DNA of 60,044 bases, the filler included, from Sphacelaria rigidula (lineage: Eukaryota), in the NCBI GenBank assembly GCA_964200075.2. It is 9 parts of 9 records of this genome, joined end to end, with 100 filler letters (N's around TTAATTAATTAA, not from the genome) between each part and the next. Parts side by side here need not be neighbours in the genome. Positions count along the whole stretch, not along the records: positions 20,050 to 26,632 come from CAXNAA020019221.1; positions 26,733 to 33,315 come from CAXNAA020019222.1; positions 33,416 to 39,998 come from CAXNAA020019223.1; 6 more parts are not named here. The stretch is one strand, 5' to 3'. The notes under the pieces are model-generated. The model was given only the letters and a program-made list of their open reading frames with translations, made no database searches and had not been told where the DNA came from. This document shows, piece after piece, positions 25,782-37,839 of the stretch. Position numbers and translations under genes: made by a program. The first letter of the stretch is position 1. The number at the start of each line of letters is the position of its first letter.

Positions 25782-26632
25782 TCAACGTCTTGTGCCAGTA
25801 GATGACGGGACACCCATGCCCCCATCCTCTGTCCAGGTGATGAGTTTTGAATATCTTCATGCGGGTTTTCTCGGAAATCGAAGCTGCCACGCTGCTTACG
25901 CAGTGCGACCGTGTTTCTGGTAGTTAACTTGTCAAGCTGAAAGGTCTCGTTGTGATTCGTGTGCCCACGATTGCTTCCTTGGTGATCCATGATCTTGCGA
26001 TATCACCCTCATGTTTCCGGTGCGTTGCTATACATGCTGTACTCGTATCCAACCCTGCCGAGGACACGTCTCGTGTACAAGACAACAGTACAGTACCTTA
26101 CAACGACAGCAATGCAGACATAAGACTAATCCTGAATGTAAATCAAGCAAGGGCGACCGACCCAATGCTGTTCGCCTGGGTTGCTGCATGATGCTACTCA
26201 CCAGTATCGCTACTGGGTTTTACCTACGTATGTATCCTGTCTTCCTTACCGAGTTCGCAACGCAGGTGCGGCGCTCGTCGGCACAAGTCGAGTTTAGTTT
26301 AATCACGGACTGGACCCGGACGAGTCCACCAATTATTTTTACCCGAAGCAGGCCGAGATGTAGTTACTTTTCCCGAAAAGTGCTCTCGGGTGACGCTGTT
26401 CATTATTACATCAATCGAAACCGACCCGACCCTAGCCCTAACCCTAACCCCAAAGGTATGCAGACTATGATCTATCGGGCACAGGGAGGTCCATACTTTG
26501 CCAGTCAACGTGCCCGCAGCGCCGTAAGCAAGATTCCGGGTCCCAGGAAAAGTGGTCCCGCACGGGCCCAATAATTGGTATAATAGATGTAAGAGCAATG
26601 GACTAGAAAAGGTATACCTTCTCGTTTTTTGC

Positions 26633-26732
26633 NNNNNNNNNNNNNNNNNNNNNNNNNNNNNNNNNNNNNNNNNNNNTTAATTAATTAANNNNNNNNNNNN
26701 NNNNNNNNNNNNNNNNNNNNNNNNNNNNNNNN
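26633..26732. other. Artificial contig spacer
   Basis: Same 100-bp N/TTAATTAATTAA block. Confidence 0.98.
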
Positions 26733-26859
26733 GGGTGTAGGTGTGCAGGTTGTGGCCTTCAAACTCAATGACTGATGAAAAGCTTCATTTCTCGATCAAA
26801 AATGAACATGAAAGCTTCGGAAGCCCGACTTGTCTCGTCCTCATACTAGAAGGCACGCC

Positions 26860-27725
26860 TCGTGAGGGAGTGTCTTCGCACTGTTTTTTCGATCGATAAA
26901 GTGCGGACGATTAGTTTTTTTTGCCGATCTGATAAGTCCACCGCATTTATGTTCCTTCAAGGCTTCAACTCCAAGTTATAATTAGCGGCGCGTGGACAAC
27001 AATGCAACGAGGTGCAGAAAAAAGTCGTTTTCGATCGGAAACATGCGGTCGAAAGGCACGAAGCGGCGCTTGACTCCTGTCTCACAGACCACCACGCCAG
27101 ATAACACCTGTTCACAGGACCATGCAAACTCCATCCAACTCATTCTCACCTACCTCTGCAACCCTGCAGCATACAGCACGAGTTGAGCACAGGGATAGAT
27201 ACAATACAGTAGTTGGGTGTGCTTTGTTTATTTCTTGTTGGCGAAAACTTGCGCATCTTCTCTCATGGTAGACATCAGGGACGGAACCGCGTGGTACGGT
27301 GGGCAACCAACCGAGTTGCGTGCACACTCATGGTGCAGGCAGTACAAAGCTGCACATTGCGTGATTCCTTTCATGTCGCATTGTAAGCAGAAAGAACTGA
27401 TAGTCCTGGGCTGTCTGCACTGCACGTTGCCCGCTTCTTCTTCATGTCCTCCTGCATGGAACACGCACACACCCACTCAAGACACCCTGTTTGCAAGCAG
27501 TGCAGACAGGACAGACTGTCTGTACAAGTACTGTACACGAGTGATCATGAACTGTTTCACGAATTTCGTTGTCTTTTTTCCATCTAGAGCTTGAAAATCC
27601 ATCCCGACCCAACTGCATCGAAACGAGAAATTTTCGCTTGAATCAATTCCACCGCCTCCTTTTTTCGATCGAAAACTCATGTGCTGGGACAGGCCGTAAC
27701 ACAGGCCCTGACGAGATACTGCCAC
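26860..27725. mobile_element. Unclassified dispersed repeat with recurring TCGATCGAAAA motifs
   Basis: Reverse-complement similarity to 35395-35746 plus 37839-38320 on another contig. Confidence 0.7.
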
Positions 27726-30700
27726 AGCGCCACCAACAAGGACGGGAGAAGGCGAAGAAAGAGCGCCTGATTTGCGGCGGAAAGCCTATATGTTAATGCT
27801 TAGAAGCTCAACTTGAAGGAAAAAACGTGCAGACACAATCAACGCCTAAACGAATCGAGAATCGAACCTGAACTCTCTGCAAATCAATAGTGACAGCAGT
27901 AGTCGGACCATCCTCATTTACAACACCGGGACCTGGCAAACTGTGCGCCTGAACGAAAAAAAAGCGTGACCAAGCCACGCCTTCGTTGAGTTCGAAAGCG
28001 ACAGGACCAGAGCACAAACACGTGATAGCTCGCGCCATAGATGATGAGAATACTCGTGAGCTGTGCTATGTTCCGGTCATTTTGGTGCCGAACTGAAGGA
28101 AAACAATGGCTTGCTTCGTGTTTGCTCGGACATGATAAAATCGCCAATAACACCTCACCCGTCCTTGAGAGCCGCGCCAATTGCCTCTACGCCCTCGAAA
28201 CTGCAAGGTTTCACATGGAAAAACCTCATCATACCAAGCTGAATCGTGCTCAAGTGCCAACTCGCCCTCAATGGTATGTTCATCTCTACGAGAAGATGTC
28301 TACACCTCGCCCAGGACTAATCCGCCGAAGGCTAGACGTGTGCTCTAAAAATGTACATTGGCACACGACGGCCATTTTCCAGGGAGGGCGTACCGGAGGC
28401 TTTTGTACGAGCTTCTATATTTTGTTTCACTACTCCGCTCATTTTATACCGACGCACCTAGGCTTTTCCTTCTTATGCGCGAATATATAGATATGTATAT
28501 ATAAGCGTCCCGTTCAAAAGAGGTCATTTTCAAGTGGATACGCCCACCTGCGCGTTACGATTATTTGATTTCAGTGTGGAAGACCGAAAAACAAGAACCC
28601 ACCATTTATGCGAATCACATGCGCGCATAAAAAGCACATGCCGACTGGTGAGACAAGTACGAGTCTTGCGCCAAAAGAAGAAAAATTACAATAGTAAGAC
28701 GATGTCCGCGTACAAGAATCATAGTATAACACCGGAGGCCGTACCGGACCCAGAGGAAGTAGACGTGCTTCACACGACCGTGGAGCTCCCCACGAAGGAG
28801 TGCCGGGCCGACTACGACACCACGAGGAAAACCCGAGGAAGCCAAAAGCGTCAGTGCTGGTTTCTGGCTGAAAAGGTGACGTTTCAGCGACAAATTACCG
28901 CGTTTGGTGGTATGAACAGTCTTGCTGTGCAGTCGTGTGCTTCGGGCACAATGGCCTGCCGATGTGTGGCTGCAACAAGCAGTTTTGGTGTTTTTGGTGC
29001 GGTATTTTGGAGCTTTGGACGAGTACAGAATTGGCCATCTGGTATCGTTGATTCCGTTCCTCATAACATGTCGCCTAAGGGTCGGTCTAGCAATACAGTA
29101 TCACGAGAGGAACACGCACAATGAGCACAAGACGCCCCCCCTCGGCGCTACTCGTACGAAAATGTCACCTTGGAAAGCTCCACTGCTCTTTTTCGGGCAG
29201 ATTTTGTTTTTGTCAAATATTGTCACTGTTGTTGTTTCTCGTGGAACATCTCATTCGGGAAAATTCGCTTGAGAAATGGATTTGAATATTTTCTCCGAGA
29301 GAGGAATAGTCATGGGTGGCGGGCGCACCACAGTGTATCATATCTACTGTACTGGAAATCGCTCCCCAAAGGTTCATGTATCACGAGGCGATAATCGTAC
29401 ATGACGGATACAGTGTACGGCTACAGCATCGCACCAAGGCGAGAGTCAGTACCAAACGGACGCACAGGACGAGACGTGGTAGTGTCGTACGGGCCAGAAG
29501 CGAGTGGCTAGTAGCTCAACATTCAAAATCATTTCGCGCTGACTGTTTGTTGGGGGAGAGATGTTCCTCGATCATGTCCTGTACTATACTGTACCCCAGA
29601 GGTGCAGGTGCACATACATCGAGGCGGCGAGTCTTTTGTGACATTTCCGCCCAGCACCTCACCACTTAGATACGAAGAAAGCCAGCACAGCATCAATTAC
29701 GAGTATCCGACGGAGACACAGGGAGAGAAAAGAGAGAAAGAAACCAAGTACACCGCATCTATTCGGGCGACAACCTATCTCCCCTCACTCAAGACCGCCA
29801 AAAGCAGTCTTTCCAGCACTGTCCGTGTATGCATCCATGGCCCTCATATTCCTACGGACTCCACTTTTACGGTGTAGTGTTGGGATAGCGTGTAAAACAA
29901 AGCAGCGAAACGTCCAGGAAAGAACGTCTTTGTCCTCTCATTTCCAAGCAATCCCGATCTCTGCAAAGCCTGAACGAATCAAGCTCTGCATTACATGTAC
30001 AATAGAATAAAGTCCAGCAGTACTGTGCTCCTCCATCATCATGCACGAAAAATTCGCTGCGGCTTGTGCCACAACCAGTTATTTGTGCAACAAAAACAGT
30101 ACACACGTTGGCAAAACGCCGATCTGCGTATGGGCGCGCGTGAATTCAAATCAGCTTATCGAACAAGGAGGCTGGTATGCAAGTGCGTTGCTCACACGCA
30201 CGGCAACACAGACAGCACAACACAAGCAGCAAGCACAAGTGTCTTGGGCGGAGGCATGAGCCAGCAACGCACTTGAGTTTCATCAAATGAACGGCAACAC
30301 GTCATGGTGCTGCATCTATCAGAACCGCAAAGGACGCTGGGATGGAAACATGGAAAAGACAAACGGCGTTGCTTGGTTGATTGTGAGAGACAAGGCGCCC
30401 TGGTGGCAGCTGCTTCAGCAGCAGTGCTCTACAGGGGGGAGATGCCTTGTGATCTCATCCCTACACACCAACCAAAAGGTTGAGCTAACGAAAGCCCAGG
30501 AGAATTGCCTGCCTTGCTCGGTTGGGTCAAACCCCCAAACGCTCGATAGCTATACCACAGCCGTCCAACAACCCACGGGCACTGATGCGATGTGCACACA
30601 ATGCCATTCGGCAGACACAATCGTGTGCTCACAAGTAGGCATCCCCTGCGCAACACGCCATCACTACTCGTACCTCAACGCGCGTTTGTTTGACTGTGTA

Positions 30701-32688
30701 CCCACCACTCCTCTCACCATGGACGCGGCTTTGCTGAGCATGCAAAGCTGAAGATCGGCATGGATGAAGTCTCGAGGAGATGTCGGCATCGCTCAGTTGC
30801 AGTCAACTACAGTAACAGTGGAAAGCAGATGCCGACAGCCAGAAAGCAGACGAAGCTTCTTGTGCGGTGCAGTCAGTCTTGCCTCGGGTGGAGAAGTGAT
30901 CGTAATGCAAAGGGTGTGGTGGTTTGACTGAGTGCAAAAGCTAAACACTACAAGCGCAATGCTGCTGTGGAAGCGAGGATGGGGTGATGCTGAAGACTGA
31001 GTGATGGGGGGATGAAGGTCTGATGGGCAACGAGGGGTGAAAGAAGGCGGGGGGCGGGGGGGGGTTGTCGGAGACGGTTACGCCAGCAGGTAAGCTTGCA
31101 TGTAAGAGTCAAACAAAACAAAGATCACACATGTATAATCGTCCGAATGTTAAGCCGCCAAAGATCGAGGTCTCAACGGCAAACGAAATGTGGTCTGTGA
31201 AGTGTATTATAATACTCTAGCCTCAAAGATGGAAATAAATGATTGAAAAATTGCAGTTCGACACTCGTACCGTGGTCGGATAAAAGGTGAGAGTGCAAGA
31301 GAGAGTTCCACCACACGGTCACGGTCAAATTTCCAGCGCTCGAGCGCACTTTATAATAGACGCACAGTACCTCCAACTCGATATGCCCACTACATTTCAC
31401 AGTAATTTGCACTTGAATATACTGACAACTTCGAGTTCAAGATACCTCTATTATAGTGCAGAACCATTACATCCGATCGCGAAGTTACTGTGCAAGTAAG
31501 GGTCCGACAGTAACGGGTGCCCCCATCGTGCTCGCGTGCGCAGCACGTGGTTTTACTTGAATCGGCGCCTGCGGTGCCGATTTGAGCTATGCCGACGTAC
31601 ACCTCACCTAGGGTACGCCGTGTACATGCCTTGCGCGGGGGCTTTTGGTTCATGCCTTGGGTTGTCGTCAGAGTTACCAGGGGTTAGAGTCAAAGCAAAC
31701 CGACCGCTAGAATGGGTAATCTACGTATTCCATTTATTGTTGAAGTGGATATAATGCCGACGATTCTTCTAAAAAAGATCGCATACCCTGGCGGTCATAG
31801 GCTGAGGCTTGAGTCCAACATTCGCCGACCTTGATGATATGCATCCGACGACGGACTCGTGTACACCCGCAAACCCGCCCCCCAGGAAAGAAAAGAACGC
31901 AACAGGAAGCGTCTTCTGTACGAAAGGGACCCATCGATGGGTAACAACAGCACAGCCCATTTTCGCAGTACTGACACACATCAATGACTGAATAAATTCA
32001 AAACAGCAAGTTGAAACAACTTGCTCAAGCAAAATAGCACAACGGTGTGACAGTACTGCTCGTCTCGTCTTCTTCCAGCTGATACTGCCATGGCTCAACC
32101 TCTACATACGGGTACAAGATATGTTCGTTCCGCCCCAGATGCACAGAGGCAATTCCAGCTCAAGACGTGATTCATATTCGTCGTGCGCTAAAGAAAAGAT
32201 GTTTCGTGCCAATTGTTGATGACTCTTCATATCGTCATTTGAGTGTCAGCTGATTTCACAAGGAACAAGCCTGACCCGTTGAACACGACAAAAGATCAGG
32301 ATCCTACCCCTGTGGGAGCAACAGCACAAGAAACAAAAAAAGTGGTGCCTTGACAAAAATGCATTCAAATGGACGGCATCGCAGTCGAACGGATAATTGC
32401 CGATGGTGAAGCCGATGGTTTCTCTTGTTTCCCGGCGGAATGTCGCCACTGTCGTCGTATTACAGCTACTAACAAACGTACGACATGAGCGGAATCATTG
32501 TCCGACAGTGTCACATTATGTGGCACGCTGCAGCCATGGTTTACGAGCCAACAGCATTATTACGTAATTTCAAAGGGTGTCATTCAACCGGGGATGCTGA
32601 CCTCATTTCGGAAGAACGAAGGCAGCGCCTTTGAATCATGCATGGGTTTCGACGACAACCGGATGTCAGATAAAACACTCCACCGGAA

Positions 32689-33119
32689 CTGTAGGTGAAG
32701 TACCGTACCGAGCATACCCCGGTATTTACCGGGGTATCCCATACCGTGGTATTGGTGGGTATCGTAGGTATGAGTTATGAAAAGACCCGATAGAGCGGGT
32801 AAGGTAGGTATTGAAATTTCGAACTACCGTGGTATTATGGGCAATCGTAGGTATGAGTTTTGAAAGCACTACTTGATTGAGCGGGTGCAGTAGGTACTTG
32901 TATCTCGAAATACCGTGGTATCGTAGGTAATCGTAGGTATGGCATTTGAAAAATACCCGATTAGTCGGGTGCGGTAGGTACTTGTATCTCGAAATACCGT
33001 GGTATCGTAGGTTTCGTAGATATGACCGATACCTGATTAGGCGGGTACGGTAGGCGCTGGTATCTCGAAATACCGCGGTAAATACCGGGGGTACGCTCGG
33101 TACGGTACCTTACCTACCG
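32689..33119. mobile_element. TIR element with an internal ~60-bp minisatellite
   Basis: ~48-bp TIR gtaggtgaagtaccgtaccgagcatacccccggtatttacc / ggtaaataccgggggtacgctcggtacggtaccttacctac around about 5 units of cgaaataccgtggtatcgtaggt...cccgattgagcgggtacggtaggta. Confidence 0.85.
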
Positions 33120-33260
33120 TTCCCGGTCATCTTAGCGAGGGAGACAGCGAGACCCAGGGCATGAATCGCAGCTGATGCGCCGTGCGACATGCCTGCGCCC
33201 GTGCTGTTGGAGCGATGCTAGTAGCATATTATTTGGCTCTTGTTTTTATTTTCGTTATTG

Positions 33261-33315
33261 GTCGCCCCGGTGGCTCAGTTGGTAACCTCGTGACCTTCTG
33301 ATGGTTGAGTAGGGG
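33261..33315 (+). mobile_element. Head of tRNA-derived SINE (cut by contig end)
   Basis: gtcgccccggtggctcagttggt A-box-like motif, the same as 33612. Confidence 0.65.
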
Positions 33316-33415
33316 NNNNNNNNNNNNNNNNNNNNNNNNNNNNNNNNNNNNNNNNNNNNTTAATTAATTAANNNNNNNNNNNNNNNNNNNNNNNNNNNNN
33401 NNNNNNNNNNNNNNN
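33316..33415. other. Artificial contig spacer
   Basis: Same 100-bp N/TTAATTAATTAA block. Confidence 0.98.
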
Positions 33416-33541
33416 GAATGAGCGTCACGTATCTATAACAAGCTTATCCGAGCAACCGTTGCTGCTTTTAACGACGATTTGACCTGGAATTTCGTGCAAC
33501 AAATGGCCCAAAATACCCCCCTCCCTATTGTAGGATGGCTC
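33416..33541 (+). mobile_element. Right part of Sola2-like MITE family S2
   Basis: Matches 6500-6583, then ends ccctattgtaggatggctc. Confidence 0.7.
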
Positions 33542-33611
33542 TAGGGTATTTCCTACATTTGGGTATTTTGAAAAAAACGATGTAAAAGTACCCACAACTT
33601 GGGTGGAGTAT

Positions 33612-33968
33612 TGCTCCGGTGGCTCAGTTGGTAACTTCCAAACCGTCTGACGGTTGGGTCGTGAGTTCAGATCTCGGAGCGATCTTGCATTTTTCATCAC
33701 ACCATGCCCAACAGTGGACAGCGACTATGTCGTAGGTACACAAAATTCGACCTAACGGTCGACGAGGGAAAGGGACTGCTGAACCCCTCTCGCGATGAAA
33801 AACAAAGGCAAGCACCGCAGAAGGAAGGTGGGATACTAAAAACAAACAAACAAACAAAAATGCAGTGTTGACCTTCCTCCTGTGTGGCCCCCGGCTGGTG
33901 CGCCCACATGTACCGAAAGGTGTAGACCATCGCCCAGAATAGACGGGACGACAACACAAACACACAGA
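33612..33968 (+). mobile_element. tRNA-derived SINE with (CA)n tail
   Basis: A-box tggctcagttgg, B-box-like gagttcagatc, body shared with 34563-35064, 50094-50260 and 52015-52272. Confidence 0.8.
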
Positions 33969-34092
33969 GTATTGAGACCGTACCTAACAATAACCAGACG
34001 TTGGGCATAAAATTGCGGAATTGCGCGCAACCCTCACTCAGCGCACTACTGGACTGTTGTACCTTGTGGCGTGTGGTATCTGCTGTGTGCTG

Positions 34093-34095
<3 letters not shown>

Positions 34096-34126
<31 letters not shown>
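34096..34126. repeat. (GT)n microsatellite
   Basis: Perfect dinucleotide run. Confidence 0.95.
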
Positions 34127-34127
<1 letters not shown>

Positions 34128-34562
34128 GTTTCGCTAGTGTGGTTGCGCCGCAGGCAAAACCTGGCGTTACACGGCGCAAACGCCTTTTTTATGTCTGGAA
34201 GTATTTCGTCGTAGTCTTCTATGTTGTCATGTTCAACTTTTTCTGTTTCTTAATTTCTTCAGCGAGCGTTTCAGTCTTGTTTTTCCTTGGGTACGTACGT
34301 CTAATCATGTGACCACGGCTGGATCCCTGAGGGGTCAGTTGAAGTGCGACAATCAATCAAGCTATTCAATCAATTCAAGTAATCAGGATTTTTTAATGTA
34401 GTTGATTGATTGTCGCACTTTAATGCATCCTCCAGGAGTCATGATCCAGCCCGTGGTCATTATCCACATGATACGTGGACGTTCCCGAGACAAGAACAAA
34501 AATTGAAACACTCACTCGCTGAAAGAAAGTGACAAAAAGAAAGCAGGAAAGGTACAGCAGAG

Positions 34563-35064
34563 TTTGTGTGTGTGGTCATCCCATCTATCCTGGTCGCCAG
34601 TTTACACCTTTCGGTACATGTGGGCGCATCAGCCGGGGTCACGCAGGAGGAAGGCCAAAACAAGAGTCTTGTTTTTTTCCTTTTGTTTTAGTACTTTACC
34701 TTCCTTCTTCGGTGCGCGCCTTATTTCTCAACGGCGAGAGGGGTTCAGCAGTCTCTTTCCCTCGTGTTATATTTATTTTTTTACATCTTGATGATAAATA
34801 ATACTCCGGAGTACATATTTCAATATTTTACACAGCATTGGTTTAGTTCATTCCAGATTTTTAAAGTAAATAAAAATTTAATCATTAAATCCAAAGATAT
34901 CGACCGTGAAGCCGAATTTTGTGTACCCACGGCATCGTCACTTTTCACTGTTGGGTATGGTGTGAGAAAAAATCCCAGCTCGTGTGACTGCATCGAGATT
35001 CGGACCCACGACCCAACCGACACAACGTGTCGAGGTCACCAACAAAGCCACCGGAGCGACCGGC
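34563..35064 (-). mobile_element. tRNA-derived (CA)n SINE containing a 135-bp AT-rich insertion
   Basis: Colinear with 33612-33968 except for 34765-34899. Confidence 0.8.
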
Positions 35065-35746
35065 CAGACCAAGAAAAGAAAAGAAAGACGACATGAAAAA
35101 TTCTCCGTCTCTCCATCTCTCTCTATATATAAATGCCCGGCCTCTGTGACATGCCTTCGGTCCAAAAGGTCTTACGCCGAAAGCACCTTCATACCCAATC
35201 GCAGCAAGCAACCTGATGATATGATGATCAGTGATAATGATCAAGCGAATCAGCAGAAAGTTCATGCGATGCTGATGCATGACGAAATCAAGTTTTCGAC
35301 GATACACAATGCTGATTTAAAAGGTGATAGGCAACCCCAGGACAGAGTTGCAATTTTCAATTTACGATTTTCACGGATGGATTGCGGGTATTCTAGCCCT
35401 GCTGAGGCGTTGCTAGGGCGGGTCTTGGCACGTTATTTATCGATCGAACAAATGGGGCGATGGAATAGATTTGAGCGAAATGCGCTCATTTTTGTCGAGT
35501 TGGGTCCAATGAGCGAATTTTCAGGCTTTCGATCGAAAAAAGACAGTGAAATTCGTGAAACGGTACATGGTCACTTGTGTACAGTACAGACAACGTGCGT
35601 CCTGAGTCTGTGTTTGCGTGTTTCGTACAGTAGGGTGTGAAAGAGAAGAGGGCAACGTGCAGTGCAGACAGCCCAGAACTATCTGTTCTCTCTGCCTACA
35701 ACGCGACGTGAGAAGGACTTGACCGACGTGCAGCTTTGCACGGAGA

Positions 35747-37839
35747 CCGTAGGTGAGGTACCGTACCGAGCGTACCCCCGGTATTTACAGGGGTATCCCA
35801 GACCGTGGTATGCGTGGGTATCGTGGGTATGAGTGTCAAAAATGCCTGATTGAGCGGGTACAGTAGGTATTCAAATCTCGAAGTACCGTGGTATCGTAGG
35901 TATCGTAGGTATCGTAGGTATGGCATTTGAAAATACCCGATTGGGTGGGTACGGTAGGTACTGGCACCTCGAAATGCCGTGGCACCGTAGGCATCGTAGG
36001 TATGAAATTTGAAACCTGATTGGGCAGGTACGGTAAGTACTGCCATCTCGAAATACCGTGGTATCGTAGGCATCGTAGGTATGAAATTTGAAAATACCCG
36101 ATTGGGCAGGTACGGTAGGTACTGGTATCTCGAAATACCATGGTATCGTAGGTATGATATTTGAAAATGACCGACTGGGTCGGTATCGGTAGGGTACTGG
36201 TATTGCGGTAGTACGTAAGAGCAGGTGCAGTGGTACGAAAGAGCAGGTTCCTCTCCATGTAGTTGTATTTTTTCATACGAGCACCCGGCAATGGCGCACT
36301 ATTTACGGCATATATATATATATATATATGCAAGGTTATTTACTTGGTATTTCGGCACTCTTTGTCTATTTCGTATGCCTCCTGCGGCCCCTCACTTTCT
36401 TTATTAACTTTTCCTCATTTTCGTGCTTTTTTTCTCTCTGCTTGTTTGCACGTGGAAGATTATTGTGTATGATGCTCATGTTTAACATGAATAATGAAAA
36501 AATGTATGGCACCGTAACGTTGATACGATATGTATATCCATTTACCAAGAACATCAGACTGCATAATCATTAGTCAATCGAATTGATCCAAACACGAAAA
36601 ACAGGGGGAACCTCGGTACTGTACATATTGCTTGAGAAAACAAGACGTACCTGCTCCGATAACTTCTGGCCTTTGCGTAAGTTGGGACCAGCTGCTGCAC
36701 CGTGGGGAGTACATCGCGTCCGACTTTCACCGGGTATACCCCCCGTTTTTACCGGGGTATCCCATACCATGGTATGCGTGGGTATCGTAGGTATGAGGTT
36801 TGAAAATCCTCGATTGAGCAGGTGCGGTAGGTATTGAAATGTCGAAAAACCGTCGTATCGCAGGTATCGTAGGTATGAGGTTTGGAAACACCTGACTAAG
36901 CGGGTACGGTAGGTATTTGTGGTGAGCCGAGCTCTCGGAGGCTTTATGGTTTCGTACTGAACCAGTTCTAGTTTAAAAGACGGAATTGTGTACGGGAGAA
37001 TCGGGGTAAAATACGATAAAGTAATCCCTGTCCGGAATACAGAGACTGAATTGTGGTGTTTGAAGATTATGGAAGCATAATTCTAGTTGCGGGCAATAAG
37101 TGGGCTGACGTATTCTATGTTGAAGTAATAAAAGTAAAGGAAAACTTGTATTCCGGATCGGAGGTAGAACAAGTAGCTGTTGGGTGTACTCTGGGGCTGA
37201 AGAGTTAGTTCTTCTAGAGCTAACATCACAGGTTGGTTGTCAAGTACGACGGAAGGGATGAAGAGACACAAGGGTGAGGGCAGAAGGTGTATTCTGCACG
37301 CACCCCGCGCCGCACTCCTCTTCTACTCTTCCTGCTTCGGAGTTCTTTCCGGGGATTGATCATGACTCTGAGTTCGGTGAAAAGTACTTATTTTAGTGGG
37401 AAAACACAAAGTACGGTACAAATCATCAGCGAAAGAGACAGTTCACTATATATTCACCTTCTGGACACATCAACGCTTTTTGTCTTGAGCTTGTTTCGGA
37501 CACGACACTCGACTTCCACAAAAGCGGTTAGACCTACATTGGAGACTAGAGAAACAGCTTCTCTCCCGATATATTGAAATCTCGAAATACCGTGGTATCT
37601 CAGGTATCGTAAGTAGGACATTTGAAAATACCTGATTGAGCGGGTGCGGTAGGTGCTGAAATCTCGAAATACCGTCGCATCGTGGGTATCGTAGGTATGA
37701 CACTTGAAAATACCCGATCGAGCGGGTACGGTAGGTGTTGACATCTCGAAATACCGTGGTATCGTGGGTATCGTCGGTATGACATTTGAAAACACCCGAT
37801 TGAACCAGCAACGGTACCGGGTACCTACCTTACCTACGG
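35747..37839. mobile_element. Compound insertion of minisatellite-TIR element(s) inside the TCGATCGAAAA repeat
   Basis: CCGTAGGTGAGGTACC at the left end and CCTTACCTACGG at the right end; 60-bp units at 35810-36200, 36730-36917 and 37572-37810. Confidence 0.7.
36918..37571. mobile_element. Probable solo LTR (~654 bp)
   Basis: Interrupts the unit ggtaggtatt|gaaatctcg; TATT duplicated at 36914-36917 and 37572-37575; ends TGT...ATA (probably decayed TGT...ACA); no coding motifs. Confidence 0.6.

Noticed and set aside
25477..25785. CRISPR-like repeat-spacer appearance
   Set aside because: The internal segments are homologous to each other rather than unique spacers, the ends are piggyBac-like, and there are no cas genes.
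27750..32680. Possible decayed coding sequence, including the 196-aa ORF at 28534-29124
   Set aside because: No recognisable protein motif or consistent splice structure by eye; BLASTx would be needed.
32750..33070. CRISPR-like ~60-bp periodic array
   Set aside because: Whole units are repeated with no unique spacers, and the array lies within TIRs.
34585..34645. Hammerhead ribozyme in the SINE 3' end (CTGATGCG...GAAA on the minus strand)
   Set aside because: The core is CUGAUGC rather than CUGANGA, and the GAAA is a tetraloop closing its own hairpin.
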